From positions 32,001 to 96,000 of the forward strand of contig CBDCLE010000001.1 in NCBI GenBank assembly GCA_965218585.1: a stretch of DNA of 64,000 nucleotides, read 5' to 3'. A program made the translations under genes and the position numbers. Numbering within the stretch: position 1 is the stretch's first letter; every line of letters starts with the position of its first letter. The notes under the pieces are model-generated. The model was given only the letters and a program-made list of their open reading frames with translations. It was not told the origin of the DNA and did not search any database. Below are positions 33,711 through 44,625 of this stretch, one piece after another. Origin of the DNA: Terriglobia bacterium. GTDB lineage: Bacteria; Acidobacteriota; Terriglobia; 20CM-2-55-15.

Positions 33711-36335
33711 CTACTCGCTGCTAAGCGCATCGAGCGGGTTTATCGCCGAGGCTCGCCTCGCGGGAAGGTAAGCCGCTAAGGCGCTGGTAGCCACGAGACT
33801 GGAAACGACAATCAGATATCTGATCGGATCTGCGCCCGCGACGCCGAACAGGAGCGATTGCAGGTAACGCTCCAACATGATTGCGCCAAGGACGCCGACG
33901 AGGAACCCCGGGATGACTGTCTTGAGGGCTTCTCCGAGCATCTGTCGCTGAATCACGGTTGGCTGCGCACCAAAGGTGAGTCGAATTCCGATCTCGCTCG
34001 TTCTTGATGCAACCACGTAGGACACCATTCCGTACACGCCGAAGCAGGCCAACAGCACGGCAAGCGCGCCGAACAACCCACTGAGGCGAGCCAAGAGAAT
34101 GTCTCGAGTTAGCGTTCGATCGAGCGATGCATCCAGTGTTTCAACGCGACCCGGTCGAAGCCGCGAATCGACGTCCAGAATCGCCTGGCGAACGACAGGC
34201 ATCATCGCGCCCACAGCACCGTTGGTCTTAAGTTGTATGTGGTTGAACCGGGCCGGAAACTGTTCGAGCGGCAAGTATGCCAGAGGGACTGGCGCCTCTC
34301 GGAAGTCGTTGTACTTGGAGTCCCTCGCGACTCCGACGATCTGGATCGAGTTCACGGCATCGAATGAGAACCAGAAACGACTTCCCACAGCGCTTTTGCC
34401 GGAAAAATACATGCGCGCAAACTCTTCGTTGACCACGGCCACACGCGGGCTGTTGGGCCGGTCGTCCTCAGAAAAGCCACGCCCTGTGACGAGGGGAACG
34501 CCGAGGGTTTCCAGGAAACTCTTGGAAACCTGATTTATTCGAACGGTTTCCTCTTGTTGCTCACGGCCTTCGACGACCACGTTGCTGGTGCGGCTTGCAC
34601 CGGTGAGAAACCCCGTTGCGGCGACGCTTGCCGAACTGACACCAGGCAACCCCGAGATCCTGCCGACTAACCGCTCGGCCAGGGCGACATACTGGGTGTT
34701 CGTTTCATATCCAAGAGTCCTCAGATTGACGGTCGCTGTGATTACATCCTCCCGGTCAAATCCCGGTTCCACTGTATAGAGCTGATACAGGCTCTGTCCG
34801 AACAGAAACGCGCCTGCCGCAAGGACTATAGATAAAGCGGCCTGCATTGCGACGCATGAGCGGTTCAACAGTTGCTGCGATCGTGAACTGGTAACGCTTC
34901 GGGATGCGCTCTTCAGAATCGATTCGATCGAAGATTCGGAGGCACGCAACGCCGGAATCAGTCCAAAGAGAATTGCTGAGGTCAGGGAAACAGCCATCGT
35001 GAACAGCAAGACGTTACGATCCAGCACAAAGTCGATCGTCGCGACGTTGTCTGGCGTAAGCATGGCAACCAATCCTCGCCCGGCGAGAACGGCAAAGGCC
35101 AGACCGAGCGCTCCACCGCAAACCGCCAGTAACGAGCTTTCGACCAGCAATTGCCGAATCATTCGAAGTCGGCCACAACCCAGCGCCTGCCGTACCGCGA
35201 TTTCGCGTCGCCTGGCTCCCGCGCGCGCCAACAGTAGGCTGGCCACGTTCGCACAGGCAAGCAACAGCAGCATCCCGACTGCTCCCATCAGAATCCGTAA
35301 CGGCGTGTCGTACTGGCTCTGCAAGGTGCCGAAACCCCTGTTCCCTGGTTCCAGCTGAAGCAAGTTGATCGAGTCAGGAGTTTGATCTTCGAGGATCTGA
35401 CGGTAGACGACGGTGACTTCCGCCTGTGCCTGCCCGATAGAGTGTCCCGGGCTGAGCCGACCCATGAGACGGAGCCACGTCCGACCTGGGTTCCTGCGGA
35501 CATCTCCTCCCGGTATGGCGATCGGTTGCAGGTTCAGTGGTACCCAAAAGTCTCCGCCCAGACCGCGGAACTCCTCCGGAGAGATTCCGATCACTGTAAG
35601 AGGGTTTCCGAACAGAAAGACTCTCCTGCCAATCACATTCGGATCTCCTCCGAACTGCCTTTGCCAGAAGTCGAAACTTAACACCATTACGGGATTCGGT
35701 TCTTCGAATCGGTCATCATTCTTGGTGAAGACCCGCCCCAGAACCGCCGAGATCCCAAGCGTTTCGAAAAAGTTCCCACTCACGATGGTGCCGTTCACGC
35801 CATCGATCTTTTCGACATTGGTCAAGTCGAGCTTCAATTCCGGATTCGGGACTCCCCCGAAGGCAAACACGTTACTTAAAGCTGCCTGCCTGCTACGAAA
35901 ATCTTCAAACAAAGGTGTGGACCACTCGTTCCGGCTCCGTAGATCGTCGACCCGGTTCAAAAGTACCAACTGACCTGGCTCCTGGACTGGAAGCTCGCGG
36001 ATGAAGACAGCGTTGACCAGACTGAAGATCGCTGTGTTGGCCCCGATACCCAGCGCCAGAATCAGGACGATCATAGCGGTCGATACGGGAGTGCGGAGAA
36101 GGACGCGACTCCCATGACGCACATCGCGCCAAAGGTCTTCGATCCTCGTAAACGACCAGACTTCACGGCAGGTCTCCCGAATCGATGTCACGTTCCCAAA
36201 CCTGGCCTGGTCCGACTCATTCGCCTGACGCATCTCCATGTGATGAGCCAGTTCGTCGTTCAGGTCTTGGTCCAGCTGGCGTCGATTGAACAGGGACCGC
36301 AGCCGCAGACGGAAGGATCGGATGATTGCTCTCAC
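33711..36335 (-). CDS. ADOP-type duplicated ABC permease (MacB/FtsX)
   Basis: LALGIGANTAIFS, LLACANVA, REIAVRQALG, PARRASAINP. Confidence 0.92.
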   Translation of the reverse strand: MRAIIRSFRLRLRSLFNRRQLDQDLNDELAHHMEMRQANESDQARFGNVTSIRETCREVWSFTRIEDLWRDVRHGSRVLLRTPVSTAMIVLILALGIGANTAIFSLVNAVFIRELPVQEPGQLVLLNRVDDLRSRNEWSTPLFEDFRSRQAALSNVFAFGGVPNPELKLDLTNVEKIDGVNGTIVSGNFFETLGISAVLGRVFTKNDDRFEEPNPVMVLSFDFWQRQFGGDPNVIGRRVFLFGNPLTVIGISPEEFRGLGGDFWVPLNLQPIAIPGGDVRRNPGRTWLRLMGRLSPGHSIGQAQAEVTVVYRQILEDQTPDSINLLQLEPGNRGFGTLQSQYDTPLRILMGAVGMLLLLACANVASLLLARAGARRREIAVRQALGCGRLRMIRQLLVESSLLAVCGGALGLAFAVLAGRGLVAMLTPDNVATIDFVLDRNVLLFTMAVSLTSAILFGLIPALRASESSIESILKSASRSVTSSRSQQLLNRSCVAMQAALSIVLAAGAFLFGQSLYQLYTVEPGFDREDVITATVNLRTLGYETNTQYVALAERLVGRISGLPGVSSASVAATGFLTGASRTSNVVVEGREQQEETVRINQVSKSFLETLGVPLVTGRGFSEDDRPNSPRVAVVNEEFARMYFSGKSAVGSRFWFSFDAVNSIQIVGVARDSKYNDFREAPVPLAYLPLEQFPARFNHIQLKTNGAVGAMMPVVRQAILDVDSRLRPGRVETLDASLDRTLTRDILLARLSGLFGALAVLLACFGVYGMVSYVVASRTSEIGIRLTFGAQPTVIQRQMLGEALKTVIPGFLVGVLGAIMLERYLQSLLFGVAGADPIRYLIVVSSLVATSALAAYLPARRASAINPLDALSSE

Positions 36336-36346
36336 TGGATCGTCCC

Positions 36347-36688
36347 TTACGTGCTTTCAAGCACACGCATCATGGCAGCGGTCAGACGCTGCCATTGTTT
36401 GTGTTCAGCGGCGAGTTGTCGGCGACCAGCCCGAGTCAGCCGATAGAATTTCACGCGGCGCTTGGTGTCGGATACTCCCCAATCGGAATCGAGCATGCCT
36501 CCAAGCTCCAACCGATGCAACGCTGGGTACAGTGCTCCTTCCTCCACCTGAAGCGTTTCTCTGGAGACACTGTGTATCCATTCCGCGATCGCATAGCCGT
36601 GAGCCTTACCACCCGATAGGGCCTTGAGGATCAACATGTCGAGTGTTCCCGGGATGAGGGAACCGGAGCGTTTCGTGTTCTCAAACAT
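36347..36688 (-). CDS. PadR-family regulator (acidobacterial type)
   Basis: GTLDMLILKAL, EEGALYPALHRLE; directly upstream of the ADOP permease. Confidence 0.92.
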   Translation of the reverse strand: MFENTKRSGSLIPGTLDMLILKALSGGKAHGYAIAEWIHSVSRETLQVEEGALYPALHRLELGGMLDSDWGVSDTKRRVKFYRLTRAGRRQLAAEHKQWQRLTAAMMRVLEST

Positions 36689-37268
36689 AATTCTCTTAGG
36701 CATAAATTAATTATGTATAGGAGCAGTGATAATGCAAGGGAAATGAAGGGTAAGCCACTCTCTGACCTCCTTGCCGATTTATGAAACGGCTCAGTATTAC
36801 CGATATCAGACAATGGGTGATCGTTGGGACACTCCTGTCGGGATGACGCAGTCTGAAGAGTCTGATTGCTTCTAGACCTCTCCTTTCGTAGACTTTTCCA
36901 ACATTACCACTGGCCCCACCACTGTGGCTGCCACGATTCTCGGACTGCCTGGAGGATTCATGAAATCGAAACTGACGCTCGTGATTTTTTCGTGTTTATT
37001 GATCAGCACCGTCACGCTTGGCCAGCAGGGTCGGGGACGAGGTGGGGGGCAGCCCGCCCGAGGCCTGATGGACGTCACGGTTGAGGCTATTCCCGGCGTC
37101 GTGGCTGCAGGAGCCGAATGGTCGTCTGTTTGGAGTGGATGGGGCATCGTGGCCGACGGCATTATGGGAACTTCGGACGGCAGCCTGCTTGTTGCCCAGG
37201 AAGATCTGAATACGGTCATGAAGCTCGATACGAACGATCAAGCATCTGTCTTTATAGCGAATACGCGT

Positions 37269-38821
37269 TCTATGGAAGGGGCTGTCAAGAGAAACACGTC
37301 CCCGCCGAGCGGACCACCGGACCCAACACTGTCGTGGCAGCCAGCCCCTGTCTCCGTTGAGACGAACTGTTGATCCGGCATCGCAGAGAAGTCGATCACT
37401 CATCACAACGTGGTGTGGTTTCGAGAAACTGAAAAGCGCAAAGGGGTCGTGATTGCCGACCACGGTTCTATCTGAGCCTCGAGGGCTATCGCTTTTCCAG
37501 GTCGTGCGAGGGGGGATAGAGTATTACATGGGCCTTCAGCAAGCGCTGTGTGCCAACCGCGTATCGGATCCTCACCCTCGACCCTACCGTTCCGACGCCT
37601 CACCGACGACGAGCGGTCGAATGCCTCGCGCTGTCGGCAGAAGTCTGGAAACGGCTATGTCGCCAAGTTCAGTTTCTTTGCGTTAAACGTGTCTCCTTTC
37701 TTCCACATCTTCAGTGCGGTCGCTGCAATCTTCCTCGCCAGTGTCAGCCGAGCCATCTCCTTACGCTTGCCGTCTTTCTGGAGCCCCTCCAGGTAGCTTT
37801 TCCAAGGTTCGGCCCCCATGCCTCCGGTCGCCGCCCCGATGAACACATCTTTCAAACGTCGGTTGCCGTTGCGGTTCAGTCCCCGCGTGGCGATCGGCTT
37901 TCGACGACGTACCACACGACTCCCTTCCTGCTCATACTCCGCACTCATGTGCATTGCCACGGCCAGACCGCTGTAGTTCCAGAGCTGGCGTTTGGTTCGA
38001 AATCGATGCGGGGTGTCCCCCGTCGCTACAATCAAGGCGCAACGTATCGGTCCCAACTGGGGAATCGTCTGCAATATCCCCACCGCACGATGCTTGCGGC
38101 TCTCGGTTAACATCGCCAGCTTCGCTTTTTTTCTTAACCCTCTCAGATGATCCAGCTCCTCATACAACCATCCGGTACGCCGCCGTGCACCGGTATTGGC
38201 GAGCTGTTCGATCCAGTGTTCCCGCTGCGATGGGAGGTAGACGCCGTGGCCCGGCGTCCGGATCCCACGTCCTCGATACATTGCCTTGATCCGAACCATC
38301 GTCCGCTGCGTATCCAGGGTCAAGGTCTCATATCCGCGGACCAGTTCTTTCAACGTCCGCGTCGCATCGTGCCCGTGGTAGACCGACCGCAGCCATCCGG
38401 CCCGGAGCAGCTCGGCCAGTTTCAGGGCATCCACCCGGTCGGTCTTGGACCCGTCACTGAGCAGTTTGTTCCGTCTGGGATCACACACGATCACTTCGCT
38501 CACATATCCCCGGACCACGTTGTAGAGCCATTCGGCCTGCGTGGTTTCTTCAAACGTCACGTGCAGCTCACCACTCAGACTCTCCAGCAAATCAATGATT
38601 GGCCCGGCCTGGGTCTCTACGATCTTTTCCCAGACCAGTTTGCCGTCTGCGTTTAAGACCATCACCACCGTCGTTGCCTGGTGCACATCCATGCCGATAT
38701 ACTTGGCCTGTTTCATTTACGTGCTCCTTTGTCTTTGAATTCAACGCAGCTACGTTGAATGGGTTGTTGTCGGGAGATTTTCCTCCTGGCAACAGCCGAC
38801 AAAGGGGCGTCCTTCCTTATA
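37269..38821 (-). mobile_element. IS110-family (IS1111-type) element with ~385-bp downstream non-coding end
   Basis: GCGT at both junctions (37265-68, 38822-25), subterminal IR GGAAGG/CCTTCC, transposase 37655-38716. Confidence 0.92.
37655..38716 (-). CDS. IS110-family recombinase
   Basis: YIGMDVH, KTDRVDA, IPQLGPI, SGL, GNRRLK, LARK. Confidence 0.93.
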   Translation of the reverse strand: MKQAKYIGMDVHQATTVVMVLNADGKLVWEKIVETQAGPIIDLLESLSGELHVTFEETTQAEWLYNVVRGYVSEVIVCDPRRNKLLSDGSKTDRVDALKLAELLRAGWLRSVYHGHDATRTLKELVRGYETLTLDTQRTMVRIKAMYRGRGIRTPGHGVYLPSQREHWIEQLANTGARRRTGWLYEELDHLRGLRKKAKLAMLTESRKHRAVGILQTIPQLGPIRCALIVATGDTPHRFRTKRQLWNYSGLAVAMHMSAEYEQEGSRVVRRRKPIATRGLNRNGNRRLKDVFIGAATGGMGAEPWKSYLEGLQKDGKRKEMARLTLARKIAATALKMWKKGDTFNAKKLNLAT

Positions 38822-39490
38822 GCGTGGTGGAGGGTCCTTGTCAGCAGACAGGCAGGGTCGGATCCTGGCCGTCCAGAGACTGGTTCCTCGTACGATTGGT
38901 GTTCTTTCTCCTGAGCCTAAGGTTGTGGCGGACACTTTTAATAACGCTCCGGTTGGTGACCTTGGCCGTCTCAACGATCTGGCTGCCGACAGCAGGGGTG
39001 GGGCATATTTTACCGTTGCGGGCGGTGCGTACTATGCAAGTGCGGGCGGCGAGGTTACGCAATTCGGCGAGGATTTGCGTACGAACGGTATCGTTCTAAA
39101 TCGCGATGAGGATGTGCTCTACGTGACTAACCGGGGTGTTGTCGTGGCGTTTGACGTCCAGGTCGATGGTTCTGTCGCCAACCAGCGTGACTTTGCGACA
39201 CTCCAGGACGGAGGTGGTGGAGATGGGATCGCAATCGATGGCGAGGGCCGCCTCTACGTGACCGCAGGCCCTGGAGTCCAGGTGTTCAGTGAGACAGGAG
39301 AGTATCTCGGCGTCATCCCGACACCGAGGAGAGTTATCAGTACGGCCTTCGCCGGAGAGGACAAGAAGACGCTCTACGTTGTCGGCATGGGTTTTCTGAA
39401 CCCCGATGGCAGTGAATATGATGGGATGTCGATGACGATTTTCAAACTTCCCATGATTGCCCAGGGATACCTGGGCCGCGCGAAATAGAA

Positions 39491-39545
39491 TATAACCGGG
39501 TCCGACACCTGTGTCCTATTTAAATAGGTGTCGGACCCGGTTATA
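39491..39545. repeat. Perfect 20-bp-arm hairpin between convergent genes
   Basis: TATAACCGGGTCCGACACCT ... AGGTGTCGGACCCGGTTATA. Confidence 0.8.
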
Positions 39546-39558
39546 GTTTTTCTTGTCG

Positions 39559-41196
39559 TTAGCTCGCCTGCTGGTATTCGATGTAGGATCTGCCCGGTTT
39601 TCCCCACAGCCATCCCTGGCCGTAACGCACACCATAATCCCGCAGGAGTGAGAGATCGTCTCTTGATTCGATCCCCTCGGCGACGATTTCCGCTCCCAGC
39701 GTCTTGGCAACCTCTACCAGTCTGGCGAGAAGACGTCCCTTGTTCGGGTCCCTCGAGGCACCGTCGACATAGGCACGGTCGATTTTGACGACGTCGGGTT
39801 CCAGCATGATCAGGGTTTCCAGGCAACTGCGGCCGAAACCGACATCGTCGATGGAGACTTCAATGCCTTTCTCTTTGAATGCTGCAACGTGTTCGCGCAG
39901 GCACGCGGGATCGCCGATGAATTGCTGCTCGCTGATTTCGATGCAGAAGGTCACACCCTCGTCCGTCGTGGCCAGCAGATCCATAAGCCGTTCGCTGGGA
40001 GTGCCAAGGATTGTCGAAGGGAACAGATTCACGTGTAACTTACCCCTGGGTGTGAGCCGCTTGCTCACGTCGACACATGCCTTGAGACATGAAAGATCGA
40101 CCGAGGCCAGCATGTTGGATTCGAGGGCGATCCGGAAGAAGTCGACAGGCATTTCCAGGGCACCGGCGGGGCCGCGGCTCAGGAGCTCGTGTCCAACGAC
40201 CTCTTCTCCCTGGAGCTCCAATATCGGCTGGGAGACCGCGTGGAAACTCCCCTCTTCAATAGCCGTCGTCAGGTCCAGAAGGCTCCCAACCGTGGGAGTG
40301 GCGATGGTCAGGGTCGGGGCTTGAACGTTGACTTCCTCTTCAGGTTCAGATTCTGTCTTGAGCGCGCTGTGGGCGAGTTCGAGAATCTCCTCTATCGAAC
40401 ACGTTTCCTTGGGAGCCTGTACGACTGCAATGCCCATGTTCACGCTCAGTGGATGTGGGGACAGGGCCAGTGGGGTGCTCCCCACAGCGTGCCGCAGTTT
40501 ATCGGCTACCTGCCGGCCTTCTGCCACGCGTGTATCGGGAAGGAACACGAGAAACTTGTCTCTAGAGATCCTTGCAATCTGGTCTGAGGGGCGCAGCGCA
40601 GTCTGCAATCGCTCTGCAATCGTCTTGAGCAGGACGTCGCCGACCGCATGGCCGAGGTTTTCGATGATTTCCTTCAGATCGTCACATGACAACATGACGG
40701 CAACGAGATTGGACCCGTATCTCCGGTCCCTTTCCAGTTCGTTCCACAGTGCGTTTTCGATTCCACGCCGATTGAGTGTTTCCGTCAATGGATCGGTGGT
40801 GGCCAGTCGCTGCAGCTGCTGATTGGCCTCTTCCAGAGCTGTGCTGAGGCCCTTCATGTTCGCCTCTGCCTCTGCCCGCTGGGTCATGTCCCTGAGCGAA
40901 GCCAGGAACGCAGGTTCGCCGCCCCAGCTGGCTCGTCCGACACGCATCTCAACCTGATGTGTCCCGATCGTCAGCTCTGTGCGGTCTGACGCCATAACAG
41001 GATAGCCGAATACGGTTCCCTTCAGTTCTTCGGCTGAACGGCCGAACATTGATGCAGCGGCTGGATTTGCAAATTGGATCTGGCCTGCGCTGTTGACGCC
41101 GCCGCCGCCATCCGGGCTGGCATCAGTGATCCCACGAAACTCGGATTTCTCCTCAGGTTTCGGGCCGAGGGAGTCTGATCTGAGGTTGTGCGCCAT
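39559..41196 (-). CDS. PAS + degenerate GGDEF + EAL protein (probable c-di-GMP phosphodiesterase)
   Basis: TDPLT..LNRR, GHAVGD, SRDKF in place of GGDEF; QPI, ELLSR, DDVGFG, VKID, AEGIE, GQGW. Confidence 0.88.
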   Translation of the reverse strand: MAHNLRSDSLGPKPEEKSEFRGITDASPDGGGGVNSAGQIQFANPAAASMFGRSAEELKGTVFGYPVMASDRTELTIGTHQVEMRVGRASWGGEPAFLASLRDMTQRAEAEANMKGLSTALEEANQQLQRLATTDPLTETLNRRGIENALWNELERDRRYGSNLVAVMLSCDDLKEIIENLGHAVGDVLLKTIAERLQTALRPSDQIARISRDKFLVFLPDTRVAEGRQVADKLRHAVGSTPLALSPHPLSVNMGIAVVQAPKETCSIEEILELAHSALKTESEPEEEVNVQAPTLTIATPTVGSLLDLTTAIEEGSFHAVSQPILELQGEEVVGHELLSRGPAGALEMPVDFFRIALESNMLASVDLSCLKACVDVSKRLTPRGKLHVNLFPSTILGTPSERLMDLLATTDEGVTFCIEISEQQFIGDPACLREHVAAFKEKGIEVSIDDVGFGRSCLETLIMLEPDVVKIDRAYVDGASRDPNKGRLLARLVEVAKTLGAEIVAEGIESRDDLSLLRDYGVRYGQGWLWGKPGRSYIEYQQAS

Positions 41197-41299
41197 TGTT
41201 TTTCGTTCCCCTGTCTTTTTGTTCTTCTCAATCGCACTTATCGGTCGTTGATGAGGGGATCTGTAGGGCTAACCCAAGGTATTTGAAATCTTTGGATAG

Positions 41300-41344
41300 G
41301 GGGACAGGTCACTCTTTTTGGCGCAAAAAGAGTGACCTGTCCCC
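41300..41344. repeat. Perfect 21-bp-arm hairpin (REP-like)
   Basis: GGGGACAGGTCACTCTTTTTG-gcg-CAAAAAGAGTGACCTGTCCCC. Confidence 0.8.
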
Positions 41345-41353
41345 ACTTTTAGA

Positions 41354-42205
41354 CTATTGCTGCACAACCAGAACGGGGCATTCCAGATGGGTCAGTAGCT
41401 CTCTGAAACCTTTTTCAAAGACATCGGCAGTCGGAAGTATAAGAATCCCGGCATCTTCTCCGTGCGTGACGCCACCCAGGAGGGCCGCATCCTTACGCAG
41501 TACGGTGCGGAATAGAACGCTCCGCCGAACGCCCATCCCGTCGAGATCGCTTTGTGCGTTCCCTCTGAGCTGGTCTGCGGTTTCGCCGCTCGTCGGCAGT
41601 ACGATTACCAGGGGCGTTGTTTCATCGCGGGCTATCTGAGTGGCCAGGTTCAGGCCTCCCCGGGCGGCGTCGCTGCCGTCGTAGACCGCGACAACGGATT
41701 GCCCCATGCGAAGTCCTCGGCGGAGCAGTAGCACAGGTGCGTGCGTTTCCGAAAGGATGGTTTCGGTCGTCATTCCGATGCGACCCGACTCGATCAGGGA
41801 CCACCCGCACCGTCCCAGGCTGATCAGATCTGCCTCTTCAGCCGCTCGAAGAAGCTCAGCAGCGACCGACCCTCGCGCTACCCTAAAGGTCCAGGTCAAC
41901 CGCGCCTGGGTCGCAATGGACTCCAGGGCATGCTTGGACTTTGCCGCCTGCGTCCTCAAATGACGTTCAAGTTCGGGCCGTTCAATCCGACGTACCGCGC
42001 CCGAGAAAGATCCCACGGCTGTCGTGATAGGTAGTTCGGCGCTCCGAAGCAAGGTTTCGTCTTCGACGTAAAGGCCACACAACTCGGCATGCAACGCCAC
42101 CGCCAGTCGCGCGGCCACTTCCAGCGCTGCCAGGCTTCCCGGCGACGCGTCCAGCGCGACGAGAATGCGACGAACATCGTGACGAATATTGCTTGTCTCC
42201 GTCAT
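41354..42205 (-). CDS. Universal stress protein (tandem USP)
   Basis: RILVALDAS, RG.VA.EL, CPVLVV. Confidence 0.85.
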   Translation of the reverse strand: MTETSNIRHDVRRILVALDASPGSLAALEVAARLAVALHAELCGLYVEDETLLRSAELPITTAVGSFSGAVRRIERPELERHLRTQAAKSKHALESIATQARLTWTFRVARGSVAAELLRAAEEADLISLGRCGWSLIESGRIGMTTETILSETHAPVLLLRRGLRMGQSVVAVYDGSDAARGGLNLATQIARDETTPLVIVLPTSGETADQLRGNAQSDLDGMGVRRSVLFRTVLRKDAALLGGVTHGEDAGILILPTADVFEKGFRELLTHLECPVLVVQQ

Positions 42206-44625
42206 GGTTGCTCTTCTTGGGTTGGAGAATCAGGCGGTCCAGCACTCTTGTTGAACGAGGCCTGAGCGGCGGCGAGTTCCCTCAACCGTTGCTCGACCCG
42301 GCCATTGATGCTTTCCGGCGGAAACCTTCCATCTTCACTTAGCGTACCGGCTTCGACTCCGGTGAGGAGTTCAATCCCTTCGTCGATCGTTGCTACTGGA
42401 TAGATGTGGAATTCTCCGGCCTCCACCGCGTTGATGACATCCCGCCTGAGCATGAGGTGCTTCACATTGGATTGCGGAATTAATACGCCCTGGTCTCCAG
42501 TCAAGCCTCTCGCCTGACACAGATCGAAAAACCCTTCGATCTTCTGATTTGCGCCACCGATTGCCTGCACCTGGCCATGCTGATTGACTGATCCGGTGAC
42601 TGCCATGGACTGTTTGACCGGGACACCGGAGATAGCAGACAGGAGTGCATAGAGTTCGGTTGAAGATGCACTGTCTCCGTCGACACCGCTGTAGGATTGT
42701 TCGAATACAAGCGTCGCCGACAACGACAACGGCCGCTCTGCCGCGTACCGCGCTCCAAGGAATCCCGACAGGATCAGGACACCCTTGGAATGGATCGGCC
42801 CGCTGAGTTCGACTTCCCGCTCGATGTTGAGTACTTCTCCCTTGCCCAACCGGATTCTCGCCGTAATCCGACTGGCCTTACCAAATGCAAAATCTCCCAT
42901 CTGGAGAACGGCTAGTCCGTTGACCTGCCCGACGTGGGCGCCCGTGGTGTCGATGGCAATCGTTTCTCTGAGAACCTCTTCCTGCAAGCGGTCCTTGATC
43001 CGATCCACCCGGTGTACTTGTGAATCAATCGCCTTGTCGACTTCCTCGGAGGAAACCGTCTCGTGCTTGACAATTCCTGCCCAGTAATCGCATTCACGCA
43101 GCAGATCTCCTAGACCTCCGATATGTCCGCTGAGACGCTCGGAGTCTCCCACAAGTCGCGCACTGTGTTCGATCACACGCGCGACTGCCGCGCGGTCGAA
43201 CGGGCGCAAATCATTCTTCCGAACCAGGCCCGAAATAAGACGTGCAAGTAGTTGTTCGTTCTCCTTGCTTCGGTCGAGCCGGTCATCGAAGTCGGCGGCC
43301 ACCTTGAACAGACCCGCAAAATCCGGGTCGTGCTGACCCAACAGGTAGTACAGAGTACTGTCCCCGATCAGGACGACCTTGATGTCCAGAGGCGCGGGTT
43401 CTGGTTCCAGCGAAACAGTGCTGACCAACCCCAGCGCCTGCCCCGGAGATTCTATTCGAATCTGCTTGGATTTCAGCGTTCGCTTCAGGCCTTCCCAGGC
43501 ATATGGCTGCATGAGAACGCGACGGACATCCATGATCAGAAATCCGCCGTTGGCCCGGTGCAGAGCGCCCGGTTTGATGAGGTTGAAATCGGTGACCAGT
43601 GTGCCCATTTGCGACTGGTGTTCAATCCGTCCGACGAGATTTTCGTGAACAGGGTGATCCTCGTAGACCACCGGCGCGCCTTCGGTTTCGCTGTGATCGA
43701 CCAGAACATTGACGGCGTAGCGGCGGACGATGGCAGAACCGTCCTGCGGAGCCATCCCGGTCTGCGGATCCTGTGCTTGAACGAATTCACGGGCATGATG
43801 GGTCAGGTCTTCCTGAACCTCATTGAGATAGGAGAGGATCGGTTCGAAGTCCTTATATTTTCCCCGCAGCTCGTCGATCAGGTGTCCGACGGAAAACTCC
43901 GTGATTTCCTTGTTGAGCTCTCGAACCCGCCCGCGCAATTCTCTTTCCGAGCCGGGCAGGCGGCGGAGAATGACCTGCAATTCCTCCTGGAGGTCCTCGA
44001 TGTCTTTTTCAAGCTGTTCCTGTTCATCTTTTGGAAGCTCCTGATAGGCCTCCCGCGAAATGACATCGCCGTCCCTGGCGGGTGCGAAAACGATACCAGC
44101 CGGAGTCTGAAGCATAGCGAAGCCCTTGGTCTTGGCGTCTTCCTGAAGCTTCTCGAGCTTTTCTTCGTGCTGTTCCTTGAAATCCTGCTGTGTCGAGTGC
44201 AATCGAGACTGGTATTCTTCGCTTTCGAAAGCGGCGGGCAGGGTCGTCAATATTTCTTCGACGAGCTCTGCCATGTCTGTCTTCAGTGACCCGGCCGTTC
44301 CGTTAGCGAGTCGAAGAAGCTGCGGTTTGTTGGGTTCCTTGAAGTTGTTGACGTAGCAGATGTCGGCCGGAACCGGACGGTCGGCGGCCTCTTCGTTCAG
44401 GAAGTGCTCCACAATGAATTGACGACCGGTCCCGGGGGCGCCCAGGGCAAAGACATTGTAGCCGTCGTGCCCCATTCCCACAGCGAATCGCACCGATTCG
44501 ACAGCGCGGGGCTGTCCGACGATTTCTACGCCATCCTCGATATCCGCCGTCGTCTTGAAGTCGAACGTCGTTGGATCCGAACGCGTGTAAAGTGCTTCGG
44601 GCTCGAGTTCTTTTGGAACACCCAT
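42202..44625 (-). CDS. Lon-family AAA protease (LonB/LonC-like)
   Basis: GQPRA, PGALHRANGG, HSKGVLIL, DGDSAS, IGGANQKIEGF. Confidence 0.92.
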   Translation of the reverse strand: MGVPKELEPEALYTRSDPTTFDFKTTADIEDGVEIVGQPRAVESVRFAVGMGHDGYNVFALGAPGTGRQFIVEHFLNEEAADRPVPADICYVNNFKEPNKPQLLRLANGTAGSLKTDMAELVEEILTTLPAAFESEEYQSRLHSTQQDFKEQHEEKLEKLQEDAKTKGFAMLQTPAGIVFAPARDGDVISREAYQELPKDEQEQLEKDIEDLQEELQVILRRLPGSERELRGRVRELNKEITEFSVGHLIDELRGKYKDFEPILSYLNEVQEDLTHHAREFVQAQDPQTGMAPQDGSAIVRRYAVNVLVDHSETEGAPVVYEDHPVHENLVGRIEHQSQMGTLVTDFNLIKPGALHRANGGFLIMDVRRVLMQPYAWEGLKRTLKSKQIRIESPGQALGLVSTVSLEPEPAPLDIKVVLIGDSTLYYLLGQHDPDFAGLFKVAADFDDRLDRSKENEQLLARLISGLVRKNDLRPFDRAAVARVIEHSARLVGDSERLSGHIGGLGDLLRECDYWAGIVKHETVSSEEVDKAIDSQVHRVDRIKDRLQEEVLRETIAIDTTGAHVGQVNGLAVLQMGDFAFGKASRITARIRLGKGEVLNIEREVELSGPIHSKGVLILSGFLGARYAAERPLSLSATLVFEQSYSGVDGDSASSTELYALLSAISGVPVKQSMAVTGSVNQHGQVQAIGGANQKIEGFFDLCQARGLTGDQGVLIPQSNVKHLMLRRDVINAVEAGEFHIYPVATIDEGIELLTGVEAGTLSEDGRFPPESINGRVEQRLRELAAAQASFNKSAGPPDSPTQEEQP

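Larger units (their letters stand above)
36960..39488 (+). pseudogene. SMP-30/gluconolactonase-family protein split by IS110
   Basis: Removing 37269-38825 restores in-frame ANTR|GGGSLSADRQG; NDL, NGI and DGIAIDGEGRLYV motifs. Confidence 0.9.
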
